From Tubiluchus corallicola (Eukaryota; Animalia; Priapulida), in contig JAQGDQ010000792.1 in assembly GCA_030141605.1 (NCBI GenBank), positions 1-64,000 of the forward strand: a DNA stretch of 64,000 nt, written 5' to 3'. Under the pieces are notes generated by a model, which was not told the DNA's origin, ran no database searches, and was given only the letters and a program-made list of their open reading frames with translations. Positions 13,578-46,700 of the stretch are shown here, piece by piece. Every line of letters starts with the position of its first letter. The first letter of the stretch is position 1. The translations under genes were made by a program, and so were the position numbers.

Positions 13578-13912
13578 CATTTAACGTTTTCAAGGTCATA
13601 TAAAGGGTAATATATAACGTTTTCAGGATCATATAAAAGGTAAAATATAACGTTTTCAAGGTCATATTAAAGGTAATATATAACGTTTTCAAGGTCAAGT
13701 AAAAGGTAATATATAACGTTTTCAAAGTCATATAAAAGGTAATATATAACGTTTTTCAAGGTCATATAAAAGGTAATATATAACGTTTTCAAGGTCATAT
13801 AAAAGGTAATATATAACGTTTTCAAGGTCATATAAAAGGTAATATATAACGTTTTCAAGGTTATATAAAAGGTAATAAATAACGTTTTCAATGTCATGAA
13901 CAAGGTATTATA
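13578..13912. repeat. 33-bp minisatellite, ~10 copies
   Basis: aaggtcatataaaaggtaatatataacgttttc repeated in tandem. Confidence 0.92.
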
Positions 13913-14217
13913 AAAATCATGGGGTGTACTTGCACCTAAGCTGGGTGTACAACTGTTTACATTTTTTACCAAATACAGTAAGTAAACCTGCAACTATAAG
14001 GATTAATGTTTAAAAACTTAATTCCTTTCTGATTTAGATAATGGTGAATTGGTAACCACCAAAAAATATCTTGATAAAGTTCTTTTCCAAAAAAATCACC
14101 GTACAGTCTGTTTACAAAAAATAGTGTATTTACACATACAGTTCGTGGAGACTCAGTCTTTGCAAACGAAAAACAAAATACGTCATATTGTGAAACAACT
14201 GTACCGTCATACGCAAC

Positions 14218-14728
14218 AACGTTGTTGTTGGCATCCTTCTGTCTCAGAAGACAATGGAGTGCGCGCCAAGAGAGACAGTTATTGATCATATTGATCTCCT
14301 TGAACCACTGGAATGGCCCTTTCCAGGGCGCACGCCTGGGCAAGGTGTAGGGAGATCCTGAGTTGCCCAGACAACAGGAACCCCCTCTCTTCCTCCCTGG
14401 TGTAGTCCAAAGGAAAGCCGAGCGATACGTTTGGCACCAGGTTGGCTGCAGGAGCTGCCGGAGTCAGCGAGCATGCTGCACTGGTCCGTCTTCGGGGCTC
14501 CACTCCTGATTTGGAAGGTTTACTCCTCTACACATGGCCGTTGGGTCACTTGACCTCCTCCGCCCTCTAGCCGTTGGCTGCTTGTGCAGCTCCTCCGCCT
14601 ACTGTCGAGATACAGTGTGGGCATCCCGCAAGCCTACACCTTGGTATTCCTAGGCGGTCACCCATCCAAGTACTAACCAGGTCCTACGTTGCTTAACTTC
14701 GGTGATCAGGCGAGAACAGGTGTTTTCA
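14218..14728 (-). mobile_element. 5S rRNA-derived SINE (SINE3-like) with a GC-rich body and (CAA)n tail
   Basis: 5S head at 14728-14630, GC-rich body, tail caacaacaac; flanked by the direct repeat ACGCAAC at 14211-14217 and 14729-14735. A body fragment recurs at ~60200-60253. Confidence 0.8.
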
Positions 14729-14731
14729 ACG
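14630..14731 (-). pseudogene. 5'-truncated 5S rRNA-like sequence (SINE head)
   Basis: Reverse complement cgttgaaaacacctgttctcgcctgatcaccgaagttaagcaacgtaggacctggttagtacttggatgggtgaccgcctaggaataccaaggtgtaggctt matches animal 5S rRNA including box A, IE and box C. About 15 nt of the 5' end are missing and there is no oligo-T terminator. Confidence 0.88.
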
Positions 14732-15334
14732 CAACTACGTATTGTGTTAAAATCTGGCTACAGTTTAGGCTCTTTCTTTCCGCTTAAAGACAAAATACCC
14801 CCTTTCTTACTGTCTGGTATCATTTATAGGACTGCAGCTGCAGTGTTGCTTACCATGGTAAAACATCCAGACACTTTAAAGTCAGAGTAATTGAACATTT
14901 GTGTATTTCGTCGGGAACTGGCAAGAAATTAAAAAATTCTCCTCAATCCAGCATTAATGACCGTATTTGTGCCTCTTGTCATAAAGCTGATTTTAATAAT
15001 TTCAGCATTGTGACCAGAGCTACAAATAACTGGGACTTATTAATAAAAGAAAGTTTATCTATATATCCTAATGAACCTTCTCTTAATGTGCAAAGCAGTT
15101 CAATTCGTTTAACTTTATTTTCAAACACATAGCTATTTGTTACTGTATCAATGTCTTTTCTACAGGTCTGCTTAATCATTGCCACGTTTGATTTTTTTAA
15201 CTATGTAAATTAAAAGTATTATTAAAATTGTGGTGTTTTGACTATAAATGGATTGAAATAGTCAGAACATTGACAGCATGTAAAAATGTCTTTAAATTCG
15301 ATGCACTTTTAGCTTTAAGAAGTTCCATCATCAG

Positions 15335-15380
<46 letters not shown>

Positions 15381-15903
15381 ACGCCCGTCACGTCTATTGT
15401 AGACATTGGGCAGGCAGAATTCTAAAATAAAAGAAATCTGCCTTCAGACAGGTAAACTCAGCAGTAATCCAGCAAAAAAACTAGACACTGCTATGCCAGT
15501 GGCTTGTCAGCACCACTTCCGTTCAATACGTTCTGATTCTCACACTCGTCTGTTTATCATTGTTTGTGCCTGGACATTATAGACAAACTTCAAATTCTAC
15601 TTACAGCTGATGACCGGGGTTTGTGGTCTAATGCTTGTTGGCTAACGTTGGGAATGCTCGACTAGCAACCCCGAAATCAGCTTTAATCCTTTATTCGAAG
15701 AATTCTACTAGTTTTAGCTCGATGTGCATCTCATCAAGGGCTGATTTAACCTCAGTAGATTAAACAAATCCTTTCTGAGCGCATTCTATAGCCAGATTGG
15801 TGTTGACTTGGGGGACTAATTAAGTTAAACGAAACGAAAGCATCTTCTTTTGATCGTAGAGTGAGTTAGAACGGTCTCATAACTCAAACACATAATCCTT
15901 TAA

Positions 15904-16583
15904 AGCACAAGAAAACCCTCAACTTACATAAAGTTTTAAAAATTCGTCTTGAAATTTTATACCAATTACTTATTGCCTTTTTGCATGTTAGACTTGCGTC
16001 GGCAGTATCGCTGTATAAAACATGTCAATTTAAACTCCAGTGATGACTGTTCGACGCAGCTATTTTGACGATAAGTCATAATAAACAAGTTTATTTAATA
16101 TTCTGTAAAGTTTGAAAAAACTGTCAAAGCATTCGTAGCACACACGTCACTAACTGAGTAAAATTTTAAATTACTGCATCTTGTCAATAAGATTAAAAAT
16201 ACGTTTTTTGGTTAGTGAGTGGCGCACCCTGGAGGTGAGTCAGCGACATTTTACCAATTGCTGAAAACATTTTAAATAATTAATAATTTTCTTTTCTAGT
16301 TACATAAGTCTTTCAAGCAGGTAAGCGAAATGCTAAGTAATATAGATTTGCACGGAAAGTTTTTGGGTCATAATTTAACATTCCTTTTCTTCCCCTGATT
16401 TACGTGGCGTAGTGACGTCATATAATGGCGCCGTCTGAACAGTATTGCTGGAGATTTAAAATGCAAACAAACAAAAATTCCCTTCAACGCGAGTACGATA
16501 AATGCATAAAATTCCTGTAAAGTAATATAATTTCTTAAGGCGATTTTTCTAAAACCTACTTCAGGTACCCCTTGTCTTGTCCT
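15904..16583 (+). mobile_element. Non-autonomous DNA transposon with TTAA target-site duplication (Kolobok-like MITE)
   Basis: ttaa|AGCACAAGA...TCTTGTCCT|ttaa. Partial copies at ~3247-3390, ~11570-12505, ~26508-26680 and ~33450-33860; inverted full copy at 50039-51170. Confidence 0.75.
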
Positions 16584-17379
16584 TTAAAATTTGTGGGCGT
16601 GAAAGTCTCAGTACCCTACTAAACAGAATCCTAAACTTTGCTTTCCGGTTTAACGTCTAATACATAAATTAAATTTTTCTCTCTACTTTGTCGGATTATA
16701 ATCGAGTTTAATGCTTACCCTTAATGTTCCACTGATTGCGAAAATTGAACACAATTTTGTCAGGCTAACGATCTTACGCTGTGAAAATTAATCCGTTGTT
16801 TTATATATGAATTTATAAGGTCAATGATCAAGTGGATTAAAGTTGTTCTAAGTGCCTAGTCGTTGGAAACAATGAAATCACTGTTACGCTCGCTATTACC
16901 GTGTTTATGAAAGGCAGTTTGATCTATGGTCAGACTTGTTTTTCTGGTCTGTGGTGGCACAGTATGCCGTGTGTTGCAGGCAAGTCTAAACCTGACTAGT
17001 TAGTGGGAAATTTGCAAGAATAATAACAACCTCTGCCATGTTTCTTTCGTTAATTGAGCCCCTAATTGAAGCTAAATCCTCGGATTAAGGGAGAAAGTGA
17101 TCCTTCTTAGACAAATTGTCTGTTTTTGGGCAGAAGGCAAATGACACGTGCCTGACCACGTGACCAGCAGACGTTACACAGGTGTCGACTAATGAGAAAG
17201 GGTGAATTTTTAATTACGTGTCAAAAAGATGAGGTGACAGATGGGATGACGGTGTACTGTTAGAGCAATATTATTGGTACAGCATTATTCATGCGTAAAT
17301 TGTGTCGTATGTCAGTAATGCTGGATGGGTTGTAAACAGATAAATAGTAACGTAGTAACAGTTCTCAGGAGTAGACAAC

Positions 17380-18572
17380 ATGGTCTTTGAAGAGCACGGT
17401 CTCAATTAAAGGTGTATGGTCTTAACTCTCAGGTAAGCATGTTCTCAAGAAGATATGGTCTCAATAGGCCGTGGTCTCAAGTGTATTTGGCCTCAGAAGG
17501 GCATGGTCTCAATAGGGCATAATCTCAAGATTGTATGATCTCAGGAGGGCATGGTCTCAAGAGTATATGGCCTCAGGAGGGCATGGTCTCAAAAGTACAT
17601 CGTCTCAGGAAGGCATGGTCTCAGGAGGTTGGGTCTCAGGAGTTACGGTCTTAAGAGTATATGGCCTAAGGAGGGCATGGTCTCAAGAGTATATGGTCTC
17701 AGGTGTTATGGTCTTAAGAGTATGTGGTCTCAGGAGGGCATGGTCTTAAGAGTATATGGCCTAAGGAGGGCATGGTCTCAAGAGTATATGGTCTCAGGTG
17801 TTATGGTCTTAAGAGTATGTGGTCTCAGGAGGGCATGGTCTTAAGAGTATATGGCCTCAGGAGGGCATGGTCTCAAAAGTATATGGTCTCAAAAGTGCAT
17901 GGTCTTAAGAGTATATGGTCGCAGGAGGTCATGGTCTCAAGAGTATATGGTCTCAAAAGTGCATGGTCTTAAGAGTATATGGTCTCAGGTGTTATGGTCT
18001 TAAGAGTATGTGGTCTCAGGAGGGCATGGTCTCAAGAGTATATGGTCTCAGGAGTTATGGTCTCAAGAGTATGTGGTCCCAGGAGTTATGGTCTTAAGAG
18101 TATATGGCCTAAGGAGGGCATGGTCTCAAGAGTATATGGTCTCAAAAGTGCATGGTCTCAAGAGTATATGGTCCCAGGAGTTATGGTCTTAAGAGTATAT
18201 GGTCTCAGGAGGGCATGGTCTCAAGAGCATATGGTCTCAGGAGGTCATGGTCTCAAGAGTATATGGTCTCAAAAGTGCATGGTCTCAAGAGTATATGGTC
18301 TCAGGAGTTATGGTCTTAAGAGTATATGGTCTCAGGAGGGCATGGTCTCAAGAGTATATGGTCTCAAAAGTGCATGGTCTCAAGAGTATATAGCTTCAGG
18401 AGGGCATGGTCTCAGGAGGGCATGGTCTCAAGAGTATATGGTCTCAGGAGTTATGGTCTCAAGAGTATATAGCTTCAGGAGGGCATGGTCTCAGGAGGGC
18501 ATGGTCTCAGGAGGGCATGGTCTGAAGAGCGTATGGTCTCAAAAGTGCATGGTCTCAAGAGTACATGGTCTC
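17380..18572. repeat. Compound 15-16-bp minisatellite (ATGGTCTCA core with alternating variants)
   Basis: Units atggtctcaagagtat / atggtctcaggagggc / atggtctcaggagtt / atggtctcaaaagtgc; more degenerate at the left edge. Confidence 0.92.
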
Positions 18573-19082
18573 ATTCTGGAATGAGTAAAGAAATAGACCT
18601 CAATATTGCAAATTTGGTAAATATTTGGACAATTTTGAAGAAGCGAAATTTTTCTTAAATCTGCAATTTTGATTCGTTTGTTAAGCCTATCAAGACATCA
18701 ACTATCGTGTCATTAAGACGCCAACAAAAACCAGTCTGATTGAAGCAAGTTTATTCTAATGTGATAATTCAAGTTATTGAAAGCCATTACTGCAAATTAG
18801 CGAAATTACAATAGTGTAATGATTTCAAGAAACAGAGAGTGAAATTTGTGAAGGTTTTCGTAATAACTACCAGTACTGATTCCAGTTTATCAATTACTAA
18901 TAATTTGCAGTCTTGTAAAATACGGTGATCATGTGGGCTCTTGTTAGCAATTTAGAAACTTCATTTCATTTTAAAATGCGTTTTGCAACTAGAAGGAAAT
19001 TTGCACAAAACTGTCATCACAGCTTTGATGTGTCAAACTGTCTGTGAGGTGATGGCGAGACGACGCAAGTTGTACTAAGATG

Positions 19083-19385
19083 CAGTAAGTCGTCGCTTAA
19101 CGCACTCTGCTTAGCGACGCCACTCTGCTTAGCGATGCCACTCTGCTTAGCGATGCACTCTGCTTAGCGATGCCACTCTGCTTAGTGACGCACTCTGCTT
19201 AGCGACACACTCTGCTTAGCGACGCCACTCTGCTTAGCGACGCCACTCTGCTTAGCAACGCCACTCTGCTTAGCGACGCACTCTGCTTAGCAACGCCACT
19301 CTGCTTAGCAACGCCACTCTGCTTAGCAACGCCACTCTGCTTAGTGACGCACTCTGCTTAGCGACGCACTCTGCTTAGCGACGTT
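19083..19385 (+). repeat. 18-19-bp minisatellite seeded from a pogo/Tigger-like MITE terminus
   Basis: Starts cagtaagtcgtcgcttaacg and continues (cactctgcttagcgacgc)n. The same terminus appears inverted at ~42245-42262 and ~46849-46870. Confidence 0.75.
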
Positions 19386-19554
19386 TGCAGCAACTCATTA
19401 CGGTCATTAAGCAAAACAGCTTTTCGTAGAGCCAGACCAATTTGATTTTTGATAGTAATAATTCCACTGCTCATTAATGCTAATTTGTTATCAATTGCTT
19501 ATTAATTTTCAAATTAGAATGAAAGTCATTAAGTTCTCGTTTATTTCAGGTAAA

Positions 19555-40178
<20,624 letters not shown>

Positions 40179-40633
40179 CCGTGCTCGTGAATTTGGTTAT
40201 AGTGTTCTAACTTATGACTGTGTTACAAAAAAACAACATTTGCTTAAAACATGTGGCCTTGTTTTGGTTATATAGTGTTCTAACTTATGACTGTGTTACA
40301 AAAAAAAGAACAGTTACTTAAAACATGTGGCCTTGAGAAGTGTAGACATTCGTTTATCATGTATAAAAGTATAAAAATGTTAGATATTTTAAATTCACGA
40401 AATTATTGTAAATAGTCAGTGTGCTTCAAACGGTTTTTGTATCATCTTACATTTTGTTTTTTTGATTATTAATTTCATGGTAAATTAACCACAGTGTGTT
40501 TTGTAAATTGTGCAAGAAACTTTGTGTCCGTTTAAGTATGGATTTACGAGAGACCATTTCATTGTGATATTAACAGTGAGATTATCGTTGATGAAGTTAT
40601 GAAACTAATAAACCAAATATGTTCTAGAGGCTT

Positions 40634-40640
40634 CAATCAG

Positions 40641-40703
<63 letters not shown>

Positions 40704-40704
40704 G

Positions 40705-40745
<41 letters not shown>

Positions 40746-40746
40746 T

Positions 40747-40785
<39 letters not shown>
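40634..40785. repeat. (AATC)n tetranucleotide microsatellite
   Basis: Direct inspection. Confidence 0.95.
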
Positions 40786-41278
40786 TTATTTCACTCCAGC
40801 AATACATCAACATACAACAATATTATTGAAACAAAAAGAAACAGTATAGGTAAAAAAACGTTGATGAAGTCAAATTAACCAAATAAAAGAGTTGCTGTAT
40901 GACACCTTGAAAGCTTGGCTTGTTAAGGTGGCACAAATGAGTGAATGAAAGAATGGTTAGGGTTAGTAGACATGATGGAATGGAAAAAATAGTAAGATTA
41001 GGGATAGGAAGAAGGAAGGGAGGGGAGGATGAGTGAATGAAAGAATGGTTAGGGTTAGTAGACATGATGGAATGGAAAAAATAGTAAGATTAGGGATAGG
41101 AAGAAGGAAAAGAGGAGAAGAAACGATCAAAATCCAGTTTTGATCCAGTTTTAATCCGCTTTAATCCAGTTTAGCAGCATTTGAATCCAGCATTTGATTT
41201 GTTCCTTATCCCCAATATAAAGAAATTCAACGCTGGAGTCAGATCTTAATCTACAGTTTCAAAAAAACGTATCAAATT

Positions 41279-42262
41279 ATATAGATGCTATGAGTGAATA
41301 GGATATTGAATTTATGTTACAGGAAAAAAATCAATGGTGCTTGGCTCGTAAATTAAACACTTTGAAGATTGCTAACAGTTCTACATTGTGTGTTTGTTTC
41401 ATTAAAAAGAACAGCTACGTAATGTATAGGAAGCGACGCCCCACTTAACGACGTTTCGTTTTAACGACGCTAAGCAGGGCATCGTTAATATAGATGCTAT
41501 GAATGAATAGGATATTGAAATTATGTTACAAGAGAAAAATCAATGATGCTGGGCTCGTAAATTAAACACTTTGTAGATTGCTAACAGTTCCTCATTGCGT
41601 GTTTGTTTCATTAAAAAGATTAGCTACGTAATGTATAGGAAGCGACGCCCCACTTAACGACGTTTCGTTTTAACGACGCTATTAGCTACGTAATGTATAG
41701 GAAGCGACGCCCCGCTTAACGACGTTTCGAATTAACGACGCTATTAGCTATGTAATGTATAGGAAGCGAAGCCCCACTTAACGACGTTTCGATTCAACGA
41801 CACTATTAGCTACCCAATGTATAGAAAGCGACGCCCCGCTTAACGGCGTTTCGTTTTAACGACGCTATTAGCTATGTAATGTATAGGAAGCGACGCCCCG
41901 CTTAACGACGTTTCGTTTTAACGACGCTATTAGCTACGTAATGTATAGGAAGCGACGCCCCACTTAACGACTTTTCGTTTTAACGACGCTATTATCTACG
42001 TAATGTATAGGAAGTGACGCCCCACTTAACGACGTTTCGTTTTAACAACGCTAAGCAGGGCGTCGTTAATATAGATGCTATGAATGAATAGGATATTGAA
42101 ATTATGTTACAAGAGAAAAATCAATGATGCTGGGCTCGTAAATTAAACACTTTGTAGATTGCTAACAGTTCTACATTGCGCGTCATTAAAAAGATTAGCT
42201 GGCATAGTTAAAACAAAACGTCGCTGAGCAGGGCGGGGTGTCGTTAACCGAGGACTTACTGT
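41279..42262. repeat. Nested duplications: a ~210-bp block with an internal 62-bp unit amplified ~7x, ending in a pogo/Tigger-like TIR
   Basis: attagctacgtaatgtataggaagcgacgccccacttaacgacgtttcgttttaacgacgct, period 62; terminus gttaaccgaggacttactg|ta. Confidence 0.8.
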
Positions 42263-43702
42263 ACCTCCACTCAGTTCAGGGAGATTGAGGTCTGATGCAT
42301 TTCCAAGCATTTCAATTCGATCTGCTCTGGTCGCACCCTTCAAGATTACAAGCCGTGATGTTTCTCTCTAATGTTGAGGGCATCATAGATTCTCTGCTGT
42401 TTCAGCAATACTTTGAAGCAGTAACGTGTACAGCATCTTTACTCGTTGTTTTTGCAGCCCCGTTCGCCCAGAAAAAAATTACGTGCGCCTTGTAATATGA
42501 TTAGTTTCGACTTGTCGTTTGATTCACATTTTTTTTGTATTTGCAGGCTAAGACATGACTTGTATATAACTATTTAATAACTGTAAATGTTTTTTAGTTT
42601 TTAAACTTGTGTAAATATAATGTGTTGATTAATTAATTTTAATCTTATTTGTTGCTGTATTATCATTAATGTTGGAATAAATCCACTTTTTTTGTATCAA
42701 AATTTGAGAAAAATGAAAATGTCAGGACTCAGCCTTGATTAGTCTGATTTTTGATCATTGATCTTAGTCTTAGACTAAAAGTCCAGAATCCAGACAGATG
42801 CAGGTTAAGATAATTCTCGATTCCAGACAGACAGAGCTAATGTCAATTCCAGAGAGAAACAGGCACATGGAATCCACATAGAGGCAAATACTGAAGCAAA
42901 TCGAAGATCAACTCAGACGCACACTCGTATGTTTGCTTGCTTAACCAACTTCTGTTGGAATCTTATTAGGGTGGCTAAGAATGTTGTCGAAAAAACGGAA
43001 TTTGTCGCTGACTTATTCTGCTCAGCTCTTGGATATATATTGTTTAGAACACCATTCGGTGTTGACATGGAATCCATTTTGTTGCAAATTTTACAATAAG
43101 AAGCTACTGTATGATGACATCACAATATAAAAACTGGGTAAAACTTATATGAACAACAACGAAATGAAGATCAGCTTTACGGCGAAACAGATCTATTTAT
43201 AAGGTTGCAATCGGGTAACCCAATAATATTCGAAGTATCGAAATCAGATAACGTACTAGTAAACAAAAGTTAGTACATAAACTACGAAAGTACTTTTTCA
43301 TATTTTATTTAATTACCAATTTCATCACCAATTTACGATAAACATAATACGGCTTCAAAAACAGATGAAGCAACGAGCCTACTTATGCATTACTAAATAC
43401 CACACCCTAGACAAATTAAAAATCTGCTTGATATTTCAAAAGCAATAAACTAATACCAGAATCCTCCATACTTTTCAACATTTAGGTTACAACCGTCACG
43501 TAACATGTGTGTAAAGGAAAGCCGTCTCCCGCACCAGTTCAGTAACTTCCACAAATGTTACCAATTTTAACAAGCAATGATTACTAGAGACGCACAAAGC
43601 GAACAATAAGTCTTTAATCATACGAACTTATGATAAATAATATCCAATCCTTTTAAAAATAGAGAATTTTACTCCTTTAGTGTATCATTGGGAATTTGCA
43701 AA

Positions 43703-46700
43703 TTAATCGTCACATGTAGCGTCGTCTTCACCCACTTTTCCTTCTATCCAATTTATAAACAGAGATACGTCCGTGTACACCCCCGGACAGCTGGTGTCAC
43801 GCCCACAACCACGTGCTCCCCAGGAGACAACACCGCATAAGGTTTCTCCTGTATATCCATCTCTGGTTGTCATCAGAGCACCGCCAGAATCACCCTGTAA
43901 AAGACGATACACTCTGGTAACATTTTACAATTAACTCGCAGGGATAATTAAAACTCGTTTCACCTGGAAAACTAAGAGATGATGCGCTGTAATGAAGTCA
44001 TATAGTTGATTAAAATTTGAATTATCTTATAATGAAACCATACAATTTATTAAAATTTGAATTAACTCATCATGAAGCCATACAATGATTAAAATTTGAA
44101 TTATCTCATAATGAAAAAAACAGTTGATTAAAATTTGAATGATCTCATAATGAAGCCATACAGTTGTTTAAAATTTGAGTCGTCCATAATGAAGCCACGC
44201 TGTTGTTTAAAAATTGAATAATCGATATTGAGGGCATGCATTTACTTAAAATTTGGAATATCCATATTGAAGCCATGCAGTTAAATAATTATCAATAACT
44301 CCACAGTTGACTCCACAGACAGCCAAACGTAAACAATAATCAATGATCAGTTAATTGGTATCAGTTTTAAGGAAATCCGTATCGGTTTTCAAAAAAATCA
44401 ATAGTTGCTATTAACTTCAAGTAAAAGAAGAAAATCGGTATCAGTTCGGTATCACTTTCAAGTAAAATAAGAAAATCGGTATGGGTTCGGAATCACTTTC
44501 GTGTAAAATAAGAAAACCGGTATGGGTTCAGTATCACTTTCAAGTAAAATAAGAAAATCGGTATGGGTTTTGTATCACTTTCAAGTAAAATAAGAAAATC
44601 GGTATGGGTTTTGTATCACTTTCAAGTAAAATAAGAAAATCAGTATGGGTTCGGTATGACTTTCGAGTAAAATAAGAAAACCGGTATGGGTTCGGTATCA
44701 CTTTCAAGTAAAATAAGAAAATCAGTACGGGTTCGGTATCACTTTCAAGTAAAATAAGAAAATCAGTACGGGTTCGGTATCACTTTCAAGTAAAATAAGA
44801 AAATCGGTATGGGTTCGGTATCACTTTCAAGTAAAATAAGAAAATCGGTATGGGTTCGGTATCACTTTCAAGTAAAATAAGAAAATCGGTATGGGTTCGG
44901 TATCACTTTCAAGTAAAATAAGAAAACCGGTATGGGTTCGGTATCACTTTCGAGTAAAATGAGAAAATCAGTATGGGTTCGGTATGACTTTCGAGTAAAA
45001 TAAGAAAACCGGTATGGGTTCGGTATCACTTTCGAGTAAAATAAGAAAATCAGTATGGGTTTTGCATCACTTTCAAGTAAAATAAGAAAATCGGTATGGG
45101 TTTTGCATCACTTTCAAGTAAAATAAGAAAATCGGTATGGGTTCGGTAAGTAAATCAAAATTTATTTTGCTTACGAAACAAGCACTTTGTCCTTCATCGG
45201 CAGCGCATATCATTCCGCGCAGTATAGAGCATCTTCCGTAGGAGAGAAAGCATTCGCGGCGCTTGTATAGGGTCAACTCAACCCATCTTAGCTCTTCAGT
45301 CATCCTGGAATAAACAAGTGTGGAAGAAGGTGCTGCCATCTAGGTGCTAATCTTGTAACATTCTAACATCTGACTTACTTTCAGTATAATTGTATGGTCC
45401 AGTGACTGCATATGTAGTCTGTATATTAACTGTATATGTGAAATGTTACTTTATGTAATTTGTTTGTGTATGTACTTATTTGGAGTTATTATATACATAA
45501 AATATGCAACAATTTACTTATTTACATTTCTATATTGTTAACAGAATAAACAACTAATGTAAACACTTATGTCTGGACTTGATGTTTGGATTGGAGTGTT
45601 TGAGCACTCTTGGTCATTCTTGATGAAATGGGTCATGCAAGCTACTTCACATTTATCCAATAATCCGTGTTCATTTAGCAAAGAAGATATTTCTGATATC
45701 AATCTAGTAGTATTTGAAAAAAAGAGCAAAGCTGGCATCAAAATGTTAACCACGTGTAATCAAACCCTCTAGGTCGTAGCGAACTCTGAACCTATAAACT
45801 TTTTAAAAAGGACTTTAACACTGAATTATATGTATCAAGTACATTGCCCAAAAGCCACTGACGAAAGTGCATTCGCTAAATTTAGGTTTGGGATTGCTCC
45901 CATTACGTTAGAAATTGAAAGGAGGAAACATCCCAGAAAATATCCCGCTATCTTAAAATCGCCAAGTGGATTCGTGGGTTATTGGGAAAACCGGGAAATA
46001 TTTGGCCACTTGTTAAGGATGCGTTGAGCCTTCGCTACGACTGTAATGCTTACTCTCCAGTTTCAATTGTAACGCCATGTCCACAGACTAACACTCTTCT
46101 GGGATTCCCATTTCTTCTGTCGCCACACCCTGGAAAAATACATCCCGTTTTATCCCGTGAAATGCTTGTCAAATGCAAATATACGTTCACCACCAGAATA
46201 CTACCGAATTGAACATTGTCGTCATGTGACAGGAATCTGTTTAAGGATGCTAACTGAAGCTAACGACAGGTTCAAACTAGCCAGGTGAAGAAAGGGCAGC
46301 GAAAAACCAATTGGTCATCTAGTCAGCTGCCCTTTGGTTAGTGATGAACATTTCTTATAGGTGCTATGCTACAGTGTATTAGTGTTAGTACTGCTTATAA
46401 TAAAGATTTAATTGTTACGCATGACATTAAATTGATATGCTTATAACGTGTTAGTACAATTCATACACAGTAATAATAAGTGCATAATAAAAAAAATCAA
46501 ACTGAAAATAACTGAAATAAAACTGAACTGAAATAAGAACTGAAACAAAAACTGAAATAAAAATCTGACAACAGAAACATAATAACAATGGCAACTGAAA
46601 TATACTTTATAACACAAGCATAATTCTTAGACATAAGCAAGCAAATGTATAATGGAGTCATAATATATCACAATAATGTAAAAAATTACAGAGCGATTTT

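Larger units (their letters stand above)
14050..15330 (+). mobile_element. Decayed Penelope-like element (linker, GIY-YIG endonuclease, 3' region), interrupted by a SINE
   Basis: Frameshifted ORF: KYLDKVLF...IRHIVKQLYRHTQ | LRIVLKSGYSLGSFFPLKDKIPPFLLSGIIY...YHGKTSRHFKVRVIEHL...FNNFSIVTRATNNWDLLIKESLSI...PSLNVQSSSIRLTLF, matching the PLE GIY-YIG consensus. The 3' boundary is approximate. Confidence 0.82.

Noticed and set aside
14630-14731. Functional 5S rRNA gene
   Set aside because: 5'-truncated, with substitutions and a small 3' deletion, no oligo-T terminator, and embedded in a TSD-flanked insertion.
19477-19554. ORF-track start of the ABCG exon at 19477
   Set aside because: This stretch is AT-rich intron-like sequence ending in ttatttcag at 19549. 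The ATG at 19555 is the more plausible start, although an upstream coding exon cannot be excluded.
44415-45148. 41-bp array as a fifth splice-junction array
   Set aside because: It stops ~25 nt short of the donor at 45174 and contains no exon sequence.
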